This document shows, in pieces, positions 1 through 13,666 of a DNA stretch of 64,000 nt. The stretch spans positions 992,001 to 1,056,000 of the forward strand of contig CP089279.1 in the NCBI GenBank assembly GCA_023920165.1, given 5' to 3'. Source of the DNA: Curvularia clavata. Taxonomy: Eukaryota. Position 1 is the stretch's first letter. Every line of letters begins with the position of its first letter. Below the pieces are notes generated by a model. It did not search any database. It was not told where the DNA came from and saw nothing but the letters and a program-made list of their open reading frames with translations. A program made the translations under genes and the position numbers.

Positions 1-1116
1 CGCCCCACCCGCTTATTTTGGGCTAAGTAGGCGACGTAGGTGGAAGGGGCAAGAGAGGCGATATGAGCGGGAATAGATGCGCATGAGAAGGGGGGAGGAG
101 AAAAGGGGATAAGCAAAGGGAAGACGTTGAAGAACGTGGAAGAACTGAGTGATCTGAACACAGTTGCAGGTGTGAAAATCATATATGGTGCAAAAGTAAC
201 TCATTCGTACCCTATATACGGGATCTGCGCCTGCAAGTATAGTATTCTTAATAGAGTGATGTTCAAAGATGGGAGAGAGAAAAGGGCCTAGTGGAGGCTT
301 TCCTAGACTCGGGTCACGTGCAGATATACTACGTATCCATAGCACGAGATAGGACACGAACACGAACACCACGTCTATTAGGAAGATGTCCCTTATGAGA
401 GCAAACCCACTCAGGAAGGGTACATAACTTCGTATCGCGAACATGCGCATGTTTATCTACGGTATATGTACGAAGGAAATTACCCCACTCTACCACTAGC
501 TCTGCTCTACCTTCCTGCTCAAGCAAACCACCTCATATACATGCTCCTCGCCACCCAATGTGGAAAAAACAAAAACAGAGTATTACGATTCCACGCACAG
601 TGCCGAGGGTTTAGGAAATCTGCCGAAAGACGCAAAACCCCCCCGTTCTTCCTTCCACGCTCAAAATAGACACAGCATGATATAATGCCCACGTGTTGTC
701 TCGCCTCTTCTTACTTTGTAGCAATACAACGTCTGCTATACTTTAACCCACGTACCACCTGCCCATACGTGTTTAGCGTATAACATGCCCTCTGCATGTC
801 ACCCCTCCCCCCAAACACGTAACCAGAAACTCATATCGACATGTTTCAGCGGCTAGTCATACGTTTGGAAAAGAATAAGTGGGGCAGGGGACAAGAAGGG
901 GAGCTGGTGGGGGGAAGGGGAACGGGTGTTTCATGTCAGAGTAACATGTAATTTTTTTTGTACTTCGGGACAACGGCTCTTAGTCTGGTAGAACGGGGGG
1001 AGGTGTTTGGATACTGAAGGCATGAATCAAGGTCAGATTCTTAGAAGGGATTTTTTTTTCCTTTGGTCTGGTGCATAGCATGATAACGATACGTAGATTT
1101 CCGTATGCTTGTGCCG

Positions 1117-1132
1117 CACACACACACACACA
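1117..1132. repeat. (CA)8 microsatellite
   Basis: cacacacacacacaca read directly in a non-coding region. Confidence 0.85.
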
Positions 1133-2009
1133 CCCTTGCAAGCATGGTAAAACGTTGCTCGTTTGTTTCGTTTTGCACTTGTTGCAGTTGCATCAACGTA
1201 TCATGGGCTTGTATCCTATGTCAGAGTCCCCTTGTCTCTTGCACTTTCCCCATCAGCTACTTCTATTTATTTTTTTAGATGTACGAATAGTACGTACATT
1301 GCGCAAGACCTTCCTTCGTGTTCGTAGCGATGACGCTATTCAGCTAAAAACACCGACTACGAATGGCGGCTGTGCGCTTGACGCGTCGACTATCGTGAGA
1401 TGAAAGTGAGACATATGATGTCATATATTATGTAGTTCGCACTCGCACTCGGGTTTTCTTTCCCCCCTCACATCAGTTTGCCCATCTCATGTCAGATGTT
1501 GCCCCAAGTGCAGCTCTAAGCAGAGAAAATTTTAGGTTTTGCTGTTTTTGGGTATGGACGAGGTGCCACTTGGGATGCAACTTTGAGTGGGTTTGTGTAG
1601 GATTGCGAACCTGGGTCGTGTGGTTGGGTTGTGCGCGTGCATGACCCACTCGATCGGCAGCTGGCGCGATGCCGTCACATGCTCGAGTCACTACGGCGAT
1701 CGGTCCCAAGTTCAGGTCATGTAGTAATTGTAATGTAGTATGTACAGGATGTGGAATTGTTCACACCCACTCTCCGTGGAGCAGGTGGCAGATGCAGTAT
1801 TAGAAGATCTAGTGTAGTATAGTATATAAAAGTTAAATGCGAAGCGCTGGATTGCCTCCCAATGGACAATGTATGCAAGTGGTATCTTGGGAAAAATGAA
1901 ACAAAGACAACACCCGAAAATGCTCATAAACGCCCCTCCCATCGTGTTCCTGTATTGTGGTACTCGTAACTTCTTAACACTCGTCATCGTGGTTTTTTCA
2001 ACGTCATAG

Positions 2010-2990
2010 TCAGCTACTGTCTTCGCTTGTGGCGTCGCTCGCTGATGACGATGACTTGTCAGATGGCAGAGGGCCGAGTGTCCAGCGCCAGTCCCGTGTT
2101 CTCTTCCGTCGGCCAGCGATGGGAGTTTCAGGACATGAGTCACTGTCATCTTCTGATGAGGATGAGTCGCGCTTCTCGCCAGTGCGCGGGCCCTTTTTTC
2201 GAGGGGAGCTTTCGGTCGACGAAAAGGACGAGGTTGACTTTTCGAGCGACAGCTGCAGGGGTGATATGCTGGCATTGGAGGAATTGTTGGATGTGTTGAC
2301 GACCAGGGAGTGGTGCGATGCCGACGCATTCGAGTCAGTGGTTGCTGTAGATGCGACAGACGAGACGGTGGACAAGGTGGAGATGGACGACTCAAGGTCC
2401 GAGTGGGCCATTGTGTACCTGGTCGTGGTGATTTCCTCCTCGAGCGGGGTGCGGAAGCAGACGTGCTTCTCAGCAGGAAACATGGGCCGGCTGGAAGACA
2501 TGTTGCGGGGTATTATAGAGCGGGCCGGGCTGTTTGTGAGGATGGAGGTGAGGTTGTGAGGCTGCTTGTAGGGGATGGTGCAGGTAGCTGACTCGTTGGA
2601 GGCTGATGTGAGGGTGGATGAGAGGGTGGATGCTGAGCTGGGCGTCGTTGCGCTGTTGTTGTTGGGGGTAGTAGTCAAGTTGCTCTCTATTGACAGCGAG
2701 GGCCGTGTTGGGCGCTGCAGAGTGGGTGCTGTGGACGGACGCTCGTAGGCGTTGGTAAAGGTATTGCGGACGGTAGGCGAGGCGGCGCTGAGAGTGTCGA
2801 GGCGCAGGCTGGCACCCTTTCCCAGGATGCGTGGTTGCTCAGTGTTGATGGACAGCTTTGGGCGGGCGGGGCCCTGGCGCGGGGCGGGTATTATAGGCAG
2901 CGAGGTGGTCATACTCGACATGGCAGGTGATTGTGCTGGATAGGACGGTGTCATGGAGGGGTGTGATGGGTGGAGCGTCGAGAGCATCAT
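2010..2990 (-). CDS. Ser/Thr/Pro-rich, probably disordered fungal hypothetical protein (326 aa)
   Basis: Part of ORF 2010-3665. The most plausible start is ATG ATG at 2990 (MMLSTLHPS), downstream of a pyrimidine-rich 5'UTR-like tract. Contains RPKLSINT, KHVCFRTPLEEEI and RDWRWTLGP segments typical of conserved fungal hypotheticals. Confidence 0.7.
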   Translation of the reverse strand: MMLSTLHPSHPSMTPSYPAQSPAMSSMTTSLPIIPAPRQGPARPKLSINTEQPRILGKGASLRLDTLSAASPTVRNTFTNAYERPSTAPTLQRPTRPSLSIESNLTTTPNNNSATTPSSASTLSSTLTSASNESATCTIPYKQPHNLTSILTNSPARSIIPRNMSSSRPMFPAEKHVCFRTPLEEEITTTRYTMAHSDLESSISTLSTVSSVASTATTDSNASASHHSLVVNTSNNSSNASISPLQLSLEKSTSSFSSTESSPRKKGPRTGEKRDSSSSEDDSDSCPETPIAGRRKRTRDWRWTLGPLPSDKSSSSASDATSEDSS

Positions 2991-3554
2991 GTGTCGCAGG
3001 CCGGCATGTGCCGTGGGACGCAGGCAGATGATGCAGGAGATGGCGGTGATAGCGGTGGTAGGATAGAGAGATGGGATGGGATAGGATAGGATAAGATAGG
3101 GCAAGGAAAAAGCGAGGGCGGGCGTGGGTGGGCGGAGGGGCGTGAGGGTATTAAACAGCAGCAGCAACAGCAGCAGCACCGCCAACCAGCGTGGTGGAGC
3201 CGCCCATGTCCAAGAGGCGCGGAGGACGACTTGGACCTGGCACACGAAGCGCTTTGTTTGGCTGGGCGCGCGGTGTCCCAAAATACACCCTCGACTAGCG
3301 CCTTCCAAAGATAGATTGCCCAAGTGGCGACTGCAACTAACTGCAACTGCAACTGCGACGGGCGCACACCAAACGGCTCGCCTTGGCACGACACGCCCGG
3401 CGCCGGCATCCCCCGCACACGCACGCGCATACGCACCATGCCATGCCATGTAACTTAGCAGCAGAGCAGCTGCACCAAGCCGAAACACGGTGCCCGCAAA
3501 CTGCACCCTCTTCTCTACACAACGACGACTCCACGCCGGCGCTTCTGCTCTGCC

Positions 3555-5926
3555 ATGGCACACGCCCCTCGGACCAGCTGCTCTCTCGGGCGCACCACCA
3601 GCGCCATTGTCCTCCACTTTGTTCGTCAGCACCAGGCCTCCACCCCGCCGACGCCGCCCTGGCACAGCCTCGACCGCCTGCTAACACCGTGTCGTTCGTA
3701 TCCTCTAGGACTACGTGCGTCTGCTTACCGCTGCGGCCACGGCCTTGCGCAATCGCTAACCCGGTCCGTGTCACTCCAAACAGGACTGTTTCTACGCCAG
3801 TGTCTTTGAGCACCAGAACCCAGCCCTGAAGAACGTGCCTCTGGCCGTGCAGCAGAAGCAGATTGTCGTCACCTGCAACTACGAGGCCCGCAGACGAGTA
3901 CTTGCCCTGCCTTACGCCCCATGCTCTCGTCATGCCGTGGTTGACTGTTGCAGGGCCTGCACAAACTGCAGCTGATTCACGACGCCCGCAGAGCCTGCCC
4001 GGATCTAGTCATTGTCCTCGGCGAGGACCTAACCCCCTTCCGGGATGCATCCAAGCACCTCTATGCCTTTCTGCGATCCTTCTGCTGGAGCAAGCGATGC
4101 GAGCGACTAGGCTTCGACGAGGTTGGTCTTGGCGCCACTAGCCTACACCCGCCCAGCGCTGAACCATGGTAATCAGGTCTTCCTCGACGTGACCGACATG
4201 GTGGATTACAATGTCTCCATCCTCAATGTCAATGACCTCAACAACGCCTTCTTCTGTCTCGCCAAGGATGACCCCACAGTGGGATTCCCTTACGACGCAA
4301 CCCGGCTGACAGGTCATCTTTATCCCGAAACGGCCAATGAAAGCTTAGGTAAGCTTCGCGCCGCGTGCCCGGCTACTTTTCTCCACATCCAAGCTGCTGC
4401 AAGGCTGACGCTTGCCTTGCTCAAATCTCGCGGCTATTCAGCGTCTAGTGAGACCTATGACTGTGCTCGTCCGCCCGTCACCAACATGGCATGCATCACG
4501 GTGATCCAACACATCTGCCGTGTGCGGCCATAGCCGTCTGTTCATGGCGCTAACCTGCAGCAGAAACCACGTCGTTGGATGCATTGCATCTCCGATTGGC
4601 TCTGGCTAGCCATCTGGCGCACTACCTACGCACAAGGCTTGAGTCCGAAATAGGCTATACTGCCACGGTTGGTGTTTCGACAAACAAGGTATTGCATCGT
4701 ACTATGCACAAATGGGCCCGTAACCTAAACTCGAACAGCTGCTGTCAAAGCTTGTCGGCAGCACGCACAAGCCCAACGCTCAAACAACTCTAGTCCCGCC
4801 CTACGTTTCCAACGGAGACGAAACGCTGGACAATGTGACACGTTTCCTCGATGATTATGAAATCGGCAAGATTCCGGGTATCGGATTCAAGACGGCACAA
4901 AAGCTGCGTGCATACGTACTGCAGCGCCCGGCAAATTTCGACACTGGCCTGGTCTATGGAGCCACGAAGGAACATGTCTCTGTACGTGATGTGAGGATGC
5001 ACCCCGCCATGGGACCAGAGACACTGGAGCGGGTTTTGGGTGGCCCTGGTGTGCCTCATGGCATTGGAGCCCGAATATGGGGTTTGCTTAACGGCTGCGA
5101 TGAAACAACAGTCGGCCAGGCCCGTGAGACTCCCCGACAGATTAGTATCGAAGATAGTTATCTGCGTCTCGACACCCTGGATGCAGTAGTCAAGGAGCTG
5201 CGTGTGCTCACGACGAAACTCGTCGAGAGGATGCACACTGATCTGCTCGATGAGGAGCCAGACCATGTCCAGGATGCATCTGCCCCTCCTGTGACCGTGA
5301 AGCGATGGCAGGCTCATCCAAAAACCATTCGCCTGTCCACGCGACCTCGTCCGCCTCAAAATCCAGATGGCAGTCGAAATAGGTCTTTTGCGCGCATCTC
5401 CAGATCTGCTCCTATGCCCAGCTTTGTTTTTAACCTCAAAAGCGATGTAGCGTCGGTGACTGAAAAACTACTTTGCGAGACAGTCGTGCCTCTGTTCCGA
5501 AGACTGCATCCTGAAAAGGGCGGTTGGAACCTCAGCCTAATCAACGTTGCTGCCACCAACATGGTTGATGCTGCGAGCGAGAAGGGCGGTGTGGGCAGAG
5601 ACATCAGCAAAATGTTCAAGAACCAAGAAGAGGTCCTGCGGCAGTGGAGAGTCGAGGAAGAGCCAGCTGTCGAATCCATGCAGGATTCCACAAGCAATCG
5701 CTCGGCCGCATGGCCCAAGACAGATCATTGCTCGAGTGACATGCCCGTAGTCGGTTCCGAAGATGTTCCGACCCCTTCGCAAGAGTTCGACATTTCGGCT
5801 GCTGATGTCTGGGTGTCCGAAGACGAAGACATGGCTGACCTAGATTCATTCCGTTGCGATGACTGCGGTGCTTCTATGCCCATATTCGCCATGGGAGCGC
5901 ACTACCGTTGGCATGCGCAGCGATAG
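3555..5926 (+). CDS. Y-family (ImpB/MucB/SamB) translesion DNA polymerase, Pol iota/eta-like, with C-terminal UBZ-like zinc finger
   Basis: Exons 3555-3620, 3709-3714, 3784-3897, 3954-4121, 4177-4348, 4561-4688 and 4739-5926 join in frame. They give IVLHFDYDCFYASV, IVVTCNYEARRRG, RLGFDEVFLDVT, ATVGVSTNKLLSKL, HKPNAQT, the HhH motif KIPGIGFKT and terminal CDDC..H..H. Confidence 0.9.
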
Positions 5927-6261
5927 CGAGTTGCTAAACGTGGGCACCAATGAGATCCATGATTCTATGATAGTAGATTGAGTTCAAAGACCCTTATGGT
6001 GATTCCCTTGTAAATCTCGGGTCGCTTCTAGAAGCTGATTTCTCATTGGCTTCTTTTGCATAAAGACTGCTCAAAACGGCAATGCCCCGCCGAACCCGAG
6101 ATCCGTCCCGATGACAGGCGCCTTCGGGTCCGGCTTCCTTGGCTCTCCGGAGACGCATGTGAACCAAATGACCTCACCCAGTGTGCAGGCTTTAAGCAAC
6201 GCGCAAACCCGCATTGCCTCAGGTGTTATGTCCTAGATCCTCCATTCTCACCAATTTCAAA

Positions 6262-8077
6262 ATGCCTGGCTCATCGCAACTACCTATCAGTCTCTTGCGC
6301 GACTCTTTTATGGCGCGCAAGAACTCGCCAAACGGCCAACTGCTTGCTTTCAACATTGACGTGTAAGTTGCTCCCTGACAGCCTGTCTAATGGATCCGTC
6401 TGGTCTTCTGACATTCGAAACAGCTTGCGCAACATTGTTTTCCTCTTCTTCGTACTACGATGGTCACGCATCACTTTCTACCAACTAAAAGGCCGGGGTG
6501 TCTTTGGCTCGGTCTCTGATGCCTATGTCAGTATCCGCCGCTATCTCTACGGAGTTTTTCTACGACTTCCCGGTGTTCGCGAAAAGGTCCAGGCCCAGGT
6601 TTCAGAGTCAATTCTCGGTTTGGAGCGCAAACTTGTTCCGAGCGGACCCGGTGTCGAGCGCCTTACCAGTCTACCGGCTGAGGGATGGAGCGAGGAGGAG
6701 GTGCGCGCCAAACTGGACGAGTTGGCCAACATGGACCATACCCGCTGGGAGGATGGACGTGTCAGCGGTGCAGTATACCACGGCGGTGAGGATTTGATTC
6801 GGTTGCAGACGGAGGCGTTTGGCAAGTTTACCGTGTCGAATCCAATCCACCCTGATGTGTTCCCCGGTGTAAGAAAGATGGAGGCTGAAATCGTAGCAAT
6901 GGTACGTCGGGCTTTTGGTAGTGTCAATCATGTTACTAACCGTCTCCAGGTCCTTTCTCTCTTCAACGCTCCCCATGACGCTGCCGGTGTCACCACTTCC
7001 GGCGGAACAGAGTCGATCCTCATGGCATGCCTGTCCGCGCGCAACAAGGCCTACAAGGAGCGTGGGGTTACCGAACCCGAGATGATCCTCCCAGAAACCG
7101 CACACACTGCTTTCCGCAAGGCCTGCGAATACTTTAAGATCAAGATGCACCTTGTACCATGCAAGGCCCCAAGCTACAAGGTCCACATTCCATCTGTCTC
7201 CCGATTGATCAACCCCAACACTGTCTTGCTTGTCGGATCAGCCCCCAACTTCCCCCACGGCATTATCGACGACATCACTTCTCTGAGCAAACTCGCGTAC
7301 AAGAAGAAGATTCCGCTACACGTTGACTGCTGTCTCGGATCCCTCCTTGTCCCCATGCTCGCCAAAGCCGGTTTCGACTATGAGCCCTTCGACTTCCGTC
7401 TCAAAGGCGTAACCAGCATCTCGTGCGACACGCACAAGTACGGCTTCGCGCCCAAGGGCAGCTCCACGGTTCTCTACCGCTCCGACGCCTACCGCAAATA
7501 CCAATATTTCATCATACCGGACTGGTCCGGCGGCGTCTACGCCTCGCCCTCTATTGCTGGCTCTCGTCCTGGCGCTCTCATCGCCGGTTGCTGGGCCAGT
7601 CTCGTCAAGCAGGGTGCCAACGGCTACCTCGATGCCTGTCTTAAGATCGTCGGCGGAATGAAGAAAATCGAATCCGCCATCCGCGAACGCCCGGAACTAT
7701 CATCTGACCTCAAAGTCATCGGTCGCCCTCTGGTCTCTGTCGTAGCTTTCTTGTCAAATACTCTAGATGTCTACGATATTGCAGACGGCATGTCGGCAAA
7801 GGGCTGGCACTTGAATGCTCTACAAACGCCACCCGCTATCCACGTCGCTGTCACACTGCCAATTGTCGCGGTAGCAGATAAGCTTATTGCGGATTTGATC
7901 GAAGTTACAGAGGGTGTCCGCGAGGCTGAGCGCAAGCGTATTGCAGAGGGCAAGGGAGCAAAGGGCGCGGTTAAGGGTGATACGGCGGCTCTGTATGGTG
8001 TCGCTGGCAGCTTGCCGAATAAGAGCGTGGTGGAGGATTTGGCAAAGGGCTTTTTGGATACTTTGTATAAGGCGTAA
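6262..8077 (+). CDS. DPL1: Sphingosine-1-phosphate lyase (PLP-dependent)
   Basis: Motifs GRVSGAVYHG, NPIHPDVFPGVRKMEAE, TSGGTESILMA, HVDCCLG and SCDTHKYGFAPKG (PLP lysine). ATG at 6262; introns 6363-6423 and 6902-6949. Confidence 0.93.
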
Positions 8078-8479
8078 AAGAGTTATATCCTGCGTGTGTT
8101 ATGATTGTGGGTTTTAACGCTGGAAGGAGTTTTTACTGGTTTTCGTTTTAAACACTAGTACTGTTATAGGATGGTATTGTTAGATATCCAACTGGGTGGT
8201 GTTGGTAAGAATCCAGATTTTAATTTCAGTGTTTTTCTGGAGCATTCTTTTGTGGTTGTAGTCGTGATGTGTGAAATTGTGGATGTTGAGGGCTTCATGG
8301 ATGGTCTTTGGATGTCACCAAGAAGTGATTTCTCTAAAGCTGTTTCGTGACAGCACATTTACTGTGAGAGATATTCAGTCGTATCTCGGGAACTTCCAAC
8401 CAGCTCACTATGCACAAATCTTCCAGTCCCTCGGTCCACAGAATCATTTCAATATTCATACACACATATAGCCCCCCAT

Positions 8480-9271
8480 CTACAATGAAGCCCGCGGTGC
8501 AGCAGGCTCCGCCTCCGCCAACCTCGCCGCCGTCTCCTCAACACCGACCTTCCTCCTCGGTCTCTTCAACTCCTCCGCCGTAACCCCATTGCCCACTTTC
8601 GTCACACCCATAACCGGGGGATCACCCCTCCTCACAAACTCATACAGGCCAGGCAACTTATTCCCCGCCAACCTAAACGCATCCTTAACCACCTGCTCGT
8701 GCAAATCGCCCTTGATCTCAAACACTATCCTACTAACTGGCACCCTAGCCGTCCAGCGATCAAAACTACCTTTTCCCTTTCCCATACGCACGTCATTGCC
8801 GGATGTGTACACACCAATGTTGGCAGCGACACGCATGTAGAGACGGAACTTCATGCCTCGGAGACGCTTTTTGATGGTTTCTTCGGCGATGCGGAGTTGT
8901 TGCGACGAGATGCGTCGGTCGTGGTCAAGAAGCCGAATGCCGTAGTCGCCCCATACGACGGTCGTGCCGCGCATGCTGCCGCCGGTGGGGACGTGGCAGC
9001 GGCCTTTGCGCGATTTGCGCGATTCACCGGCTTTGGGGGCAAGGTACGAGGCGGCGATGGGGGTCGAGGAGAAGGTTCGCAGAGTGGGGAGGGTGGGTTT
9101 GGTGAGGAAGTGACATGGTTTTTGGAGAACTGTAGGTGCGGACGGTTAACATTTTTGATATTGAGGGTAGGAATTGAGGTTGGATGGAGGCGTACGTGTG
9201 GGACGGGTTGCTGAGAGGGTCAATTGGCTGAATTGAGCCAGTAGGCTGGGTTGTATCCTCGGCGGCGGCAT
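8480..9271 (-). CDS. MRPL16: Mitochondrial ribosomal protein uL16m
   Basis: RKSRKGR...GGSMRGTTVVWGDYG and RMGKGKGSFDRW L16 motifs. Exon 1 is 9271-9196 (presequence-like MPPPRIQPSLL), intron 9195-9130, exon 2 9129-8480; total 241 aa. Confidence 0.9.
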
Positions 9272-9573
9272 GGTGTGTGGTCTGTGGGGGTTGCGCTGGA
9301 GATGTCCATGGTAGTTGGATGGACATTGAAGTTCTGGTCTGCCAAGCTGTGGCTGGTGCGTTTGCTAAGTGTGGCGGTGCGACCCGCGGCGCGTCAGATG
9401 CGTAATTGCCTAATGACTGCGCGAAGGCGCGTCGTGAACGTCAGTTGCCCGTGTTGCCTGTTAGAACCCACTCTTTCCACCATCACACCACGCTCTTTGT
9501 CAACACACAGGCACATTGACGCGACACTTCAATGGTGGTTTAATTGTTGTGCTCTACCTGTTGAGATTCAAAT

Positions 9574-12500
9574 ATGCCAGCGGATATTCGCAGCTTCTTT
9601 GGTGGTGGGCCGCCCAAGGCAAGCCAGGGTTCGCAGAAGGAGGAGCCTGCGCCGAAGAAGGCTGCACCGAAGAAGAAGGGTCGCACCAGTAGGGTTGTAG
9701 AGGACTCCGATGACGACGAAGAGGAGTCAAAGTAAGTGAGGGATTACAATGTTGCTGACGGCAAAACTAACAAATGTGTAGGCCGAAGAAGACGACACCA
9801 AAGAAACCAGCGGCGAAGAAAGTCAAACGTGATCCCACACCGGAGCCTGTGCTTGAAGAGACAACTACGTCTGCGTTTTTTGGTGGCTCAAAAAAGCCCA
9901 AGCGATCGGAGCCTGTCAAGAAAGCCGCGGAGGTACCAAAGACAACGCCCAAGAAGCCGGCTGCTAAGGCGAGTGACAAGGCGGCCAATGGCAAGACTTC
10001 TAGCCGTGCAAAGAAGCCTGTCACATCCTATGCAGAAAGGAAAGATGAGGACGAATTTCCGGATGACGACCTGGACGAAGCAGGCGATATTTTCGAGGAT
10101 AACATCAAGGGTAAGGGCAAGGATGACTACCGGGAGGCGTCTGAGAGCGATGAGGATATGCCCATTAAATTGCCGCATCGTGGAACACCAAAGGCTCCGG
10201 CGAAGCAACAGAAAAAAATCAAGGACGATGACGATTTCGATCCTGACGACGAAGACGTGGACATGAAGGATCTCGATGGGGACGATGACTTTGTTGAGCC
10301 GGACGAGGAGGAACAAGCGGTCTCAAGCAAGCCGAAGAAGACATCGGCTGCTACCAAGAAACGCAAGTCCCCCGACCGAGACGAAGACGAGGAGGATGAG
10401 GAGGACAAGCCGGTGAAGCCTAAACCGAAGAGGGCCACTTCCGCGAAATCGCCAGCAAAGAAGAAGGCGAAAAAAGAAGACGTTGAAGACAGTGCTGATA
10501 TCCAGGCCATCTATGACAGCATACCTACCGTGCGCGCTCCAACCCCTCCACCCAAAGACCCAAATGGAAAGTTCAATTGGCAAGCAAATGCGGGCCGTGC
10601 CGATGCCGGACCCGCGCAAGGCTCCTCAAGCGATATGCCTCAAGGTTCAGAGACCTGTCTTGCTGGACTGAGTTTTGTCTTCACTGGGGTGCTACAGAAA
10701 TGGGGCCGAACCGAGAGCCAAGAGCTTGTCAAGCGTCACGGCGGCAAAGTCACTACCGCTCCAAGCAAGAAGACCAATTACGTTGTCTTGGGACAGGATG
10801 CGGGACCTAGCAAGCTGCAAAAAATTCGCGATATGAACATTAAGACAATTGATGAAGATGGCTTGACAACGCTCATCGAAAAATTGACAGCAGCCGGCAA
10901 CAAGGGCGACAGCAAAGCCCAAGCAGCATATGCGGAGCAGCAACGCAAAGAGCAGGAAAAGATTGAGAAGCAAGCTGCAGAACTGGAGGAGGAAGAAAGG
11001 AAACGCCAGAAAGAACTCAAAGCTGCAGCGGCTGCAGCAGCAGCATCAGGAAAGAAGCCTGTTTCTGCTGTCACTGCTGCTGCTCAAAGCGCAGGCCCAG
11101 AGGTTGACTCTCGTTTGTGGACGACCAAGTATGCACCTACGTCACTTGCTCAGATATGCGGAAACAAGGCATCGGTTGAGAAGCTGCAACGATGGCTACA
11201 AGCGTTTCCGAAAAACCTCAAGACAGGCTTCAAGCTTGCCGGTAAAGATGGTAGCGGAAACTTCCGTGCTGTTATGATCCATGGAGGACCCGGTATTGGC
11301 AAGACTACTGCAGCACATCTCGTCGCGAAGCTTGAAGGTTACGATATCGTCGAGAGGAATGCCAGTGACACTCGAAGCAAGAAACTCATCGAAGACGGTC
11401 TTCGCGGTGTCCTCAGTACTACCTCCCTTCTTGGTTATTTTGCCGGAGACGGAAAGAAAGTCGAAGGGTCTAAGAAGAAGCTTGTGCTAATCATGGATGA
11501 AGTTGATGGCATGTCTGCAGGCGACCGTGGTGGTGTTGGTGCGCTCGCAGCCGTCTGCAAGAAGACAGAAATTCCCATGATCCTCATTTGCAACGACAGG
11601 AGGCAGCCCAAGATGAAGCCATTCGATTACGTGACGTACGACCTCCCCTTCCGGAAACCCACTGTAGATATGGTGCGATCACGCATCATGACCATCGCGT
11701 TCCGAGAGGGCCTCAAGATGCCGGCGCCAGTTATCAATGCTCTTATTGAAGGCAGCAATTCTGATATTCGCCAAGTCGTCAACATGATATCTACTGCGAA
11801 GATTGACCAAGAAGCCATGGACTTTGACAAGGGCAAAGCCATGTCGAAGAATTGGGAAAAGCATGTCATTTTGAAGCCATGGGACATTACGCAAAAGATT
11901 CTTGGAGGTGGCATGTTTGCTTCGAGTAGCAAGGCCACACTCAACGAGAAGATTGAGCTCTACTTCAACGATCATGAGTTCAGCCCGTTGATGCTCCAGG
12001 AGAATTATCTCGGCACAAATCCCATCTTATCACTTAACTATTCTGGAAAAGAAAAGAACCTCAAGAACCTTGAGCTTATATCGCAGGCCGCGGACAGCAT
12101 TAGCGATGGTGATCTGGTCGACCGGATGATTCACGGCTCTCAGCAGCAATGGAGTTTGATGCCTACACACGCAGTGTTTAGCTTTGTGCGGCCTGCAAGC
12201 TTTGTGTCTGGCAGCACTGCTGGTAATCAGACACGTTTCACATCATGGCTAGGCAAGAACAGCACTGCCAACAAACTTGGTCGCATGGTCAAGGAGATCC
12301 AGGCTCACATGCGGCTGCGATCTTCTGGTGATCGACATGAGATTCGGCAGCAATACGTACCGATTCTCTGGACTGATCTCGTCCAAAAGCTGCAGAAGGA
12401 GGGCAAGGAGGCGGTTCCGGAGATCATTGAGTTGATGGACAGTTACTACCTCACAAAGGACGACTTCGATGCTATCATGGAACTGGGAGTCGGCCCCATG

Positions 12501-12964
12501 GACCAAGAAAAGGTCAAGATTGACACTCAGGCCAAGTCAACCTTTACAAGACTGTAAGTCAAAACGTAATATTGCGTAACCTCAGAGCTCGTTGACTAAC
12601 TTCGTCTTCTAGGTACAACCAGCAATCACATCCGCTACCATTCATGAAAGCTTCGTCCGTCACTGCACCAAAGAAACAGGCAAAGGAGAAGCCAGACTTG
12701 GAAGAAGCGATTGAAGAGTCTGACGATGGCGAGGTGATTGAAGAAATCAAGGATGAGGACGATGAGGACGTGGACCTCTCCAAGGACAAGTACGTCAAGC
12801 AGCCGAAAAAGAAGGCTGCGCCTAAGAAAGGGGCTGCGGCAGCGAAGAAGGGAGCGAAGAAGAAGGCAAAGGGCGAGGATAGTGATGATGACGAAGAGGA
12901 GGAGGTCAAGCCTAAAGCCAAGGGTAAGGGAAAGGCGAAGGCATCTGCGAAGGGAGGAAAGTAA
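9574..12964 (+). CDS. RFC1: Replication factor C large subunit
   Basis: MPADIRSFFG N-terminus, BRCT domain (CLAGLSFVFTG...KRHGGKV...AGPSK), LWTTKYAP, Walker A GGPGIGKTT, NASD and Walker B LIMDEVDGM. Introns 9732-9781 and 12554-12612. Confidence 0.95.
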
Positions 12965-13666
12965 GAGTATCTGGGGTAGCTGTGTATCAACAAACATGGG
13001 TTTAGGTCGGAGGTTTACTTTCGTGGAGCTAGTGTGTATCCTAGTAGTATGGCATATTAGCGGGCGCCTTTCTCTACATATTCAAAGTAGCTCTATAGTT
13101 TAGTCGGTAGACGAGAGCAAATTTCAGTCAGATATATCATACGGCTATACTTGTTTAGATGTTTGTTTCTTGCTCCTACTGACTGAGTCTCATGCTTCGT
13201 CGTTGATGTTCGACATCTGTCATTCGAGTCAGTGCATCTACATTGCTGGCAGCGTCGTCCAATTAGCAAACTGAAGGACCTAGATCCTGGCATGTCAAAG
13301 GCTTAGTGATGGCTTTGCTCACTTGGCTCGCGTCAGTTGTCTTGGTTGCGAGGCGGCCACGCCCTCTTCCCGCCCCACCCCACCTTTGACCCTGCATTTC
13401 GCTCCACTACGTCAATGACCCGCGCGCGCACCCAGTAATCCAGTTTTGTCCCTGTGATATTTGCTCTCACTGTTTTTGCCTGTTTCTTGTCTGCGTTGTC
13501 CTCTTAATCTTTTGGCCAAACCCTTTTTTTTCTTATGAGTTAGTTTACCCCGCAGCTGTTGGACACAGTCATCAAGTCCTTCTAGCACACACATGCGTCA
13601 TTAGTGTTATGACACTGGGCTGAAAACAACCACCTTTGCGCCCCACTATCCCTCTGCTCATACCAC

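Noticed and set aside
1..2009. Several short ORFs in the first 2 kb
   Set aside because: Low-complexity, homopolymer-rich sequence with no recognisable motifs; most likely promoter or UTR DNA
2991..3665. N-terminal extension of the 551-aa minus-strand ORF
   Set aside because: It starts at a non-ATG codon, runs through simple repeats and overlaps the polymerase first exon; better explained as UTR/promoter read-through
6902..6949. Apparent 16-aa insertion in S1P lyase
   Set aside because: It is a stop-free 48-nt intron (GTACGT..CTAAC..CAG), not a novel domain
9767..12997. Many antisense ORFs over RFC1 and other genes
   Set aside because: Shadow ORFs caused by codon bias of the real CDS
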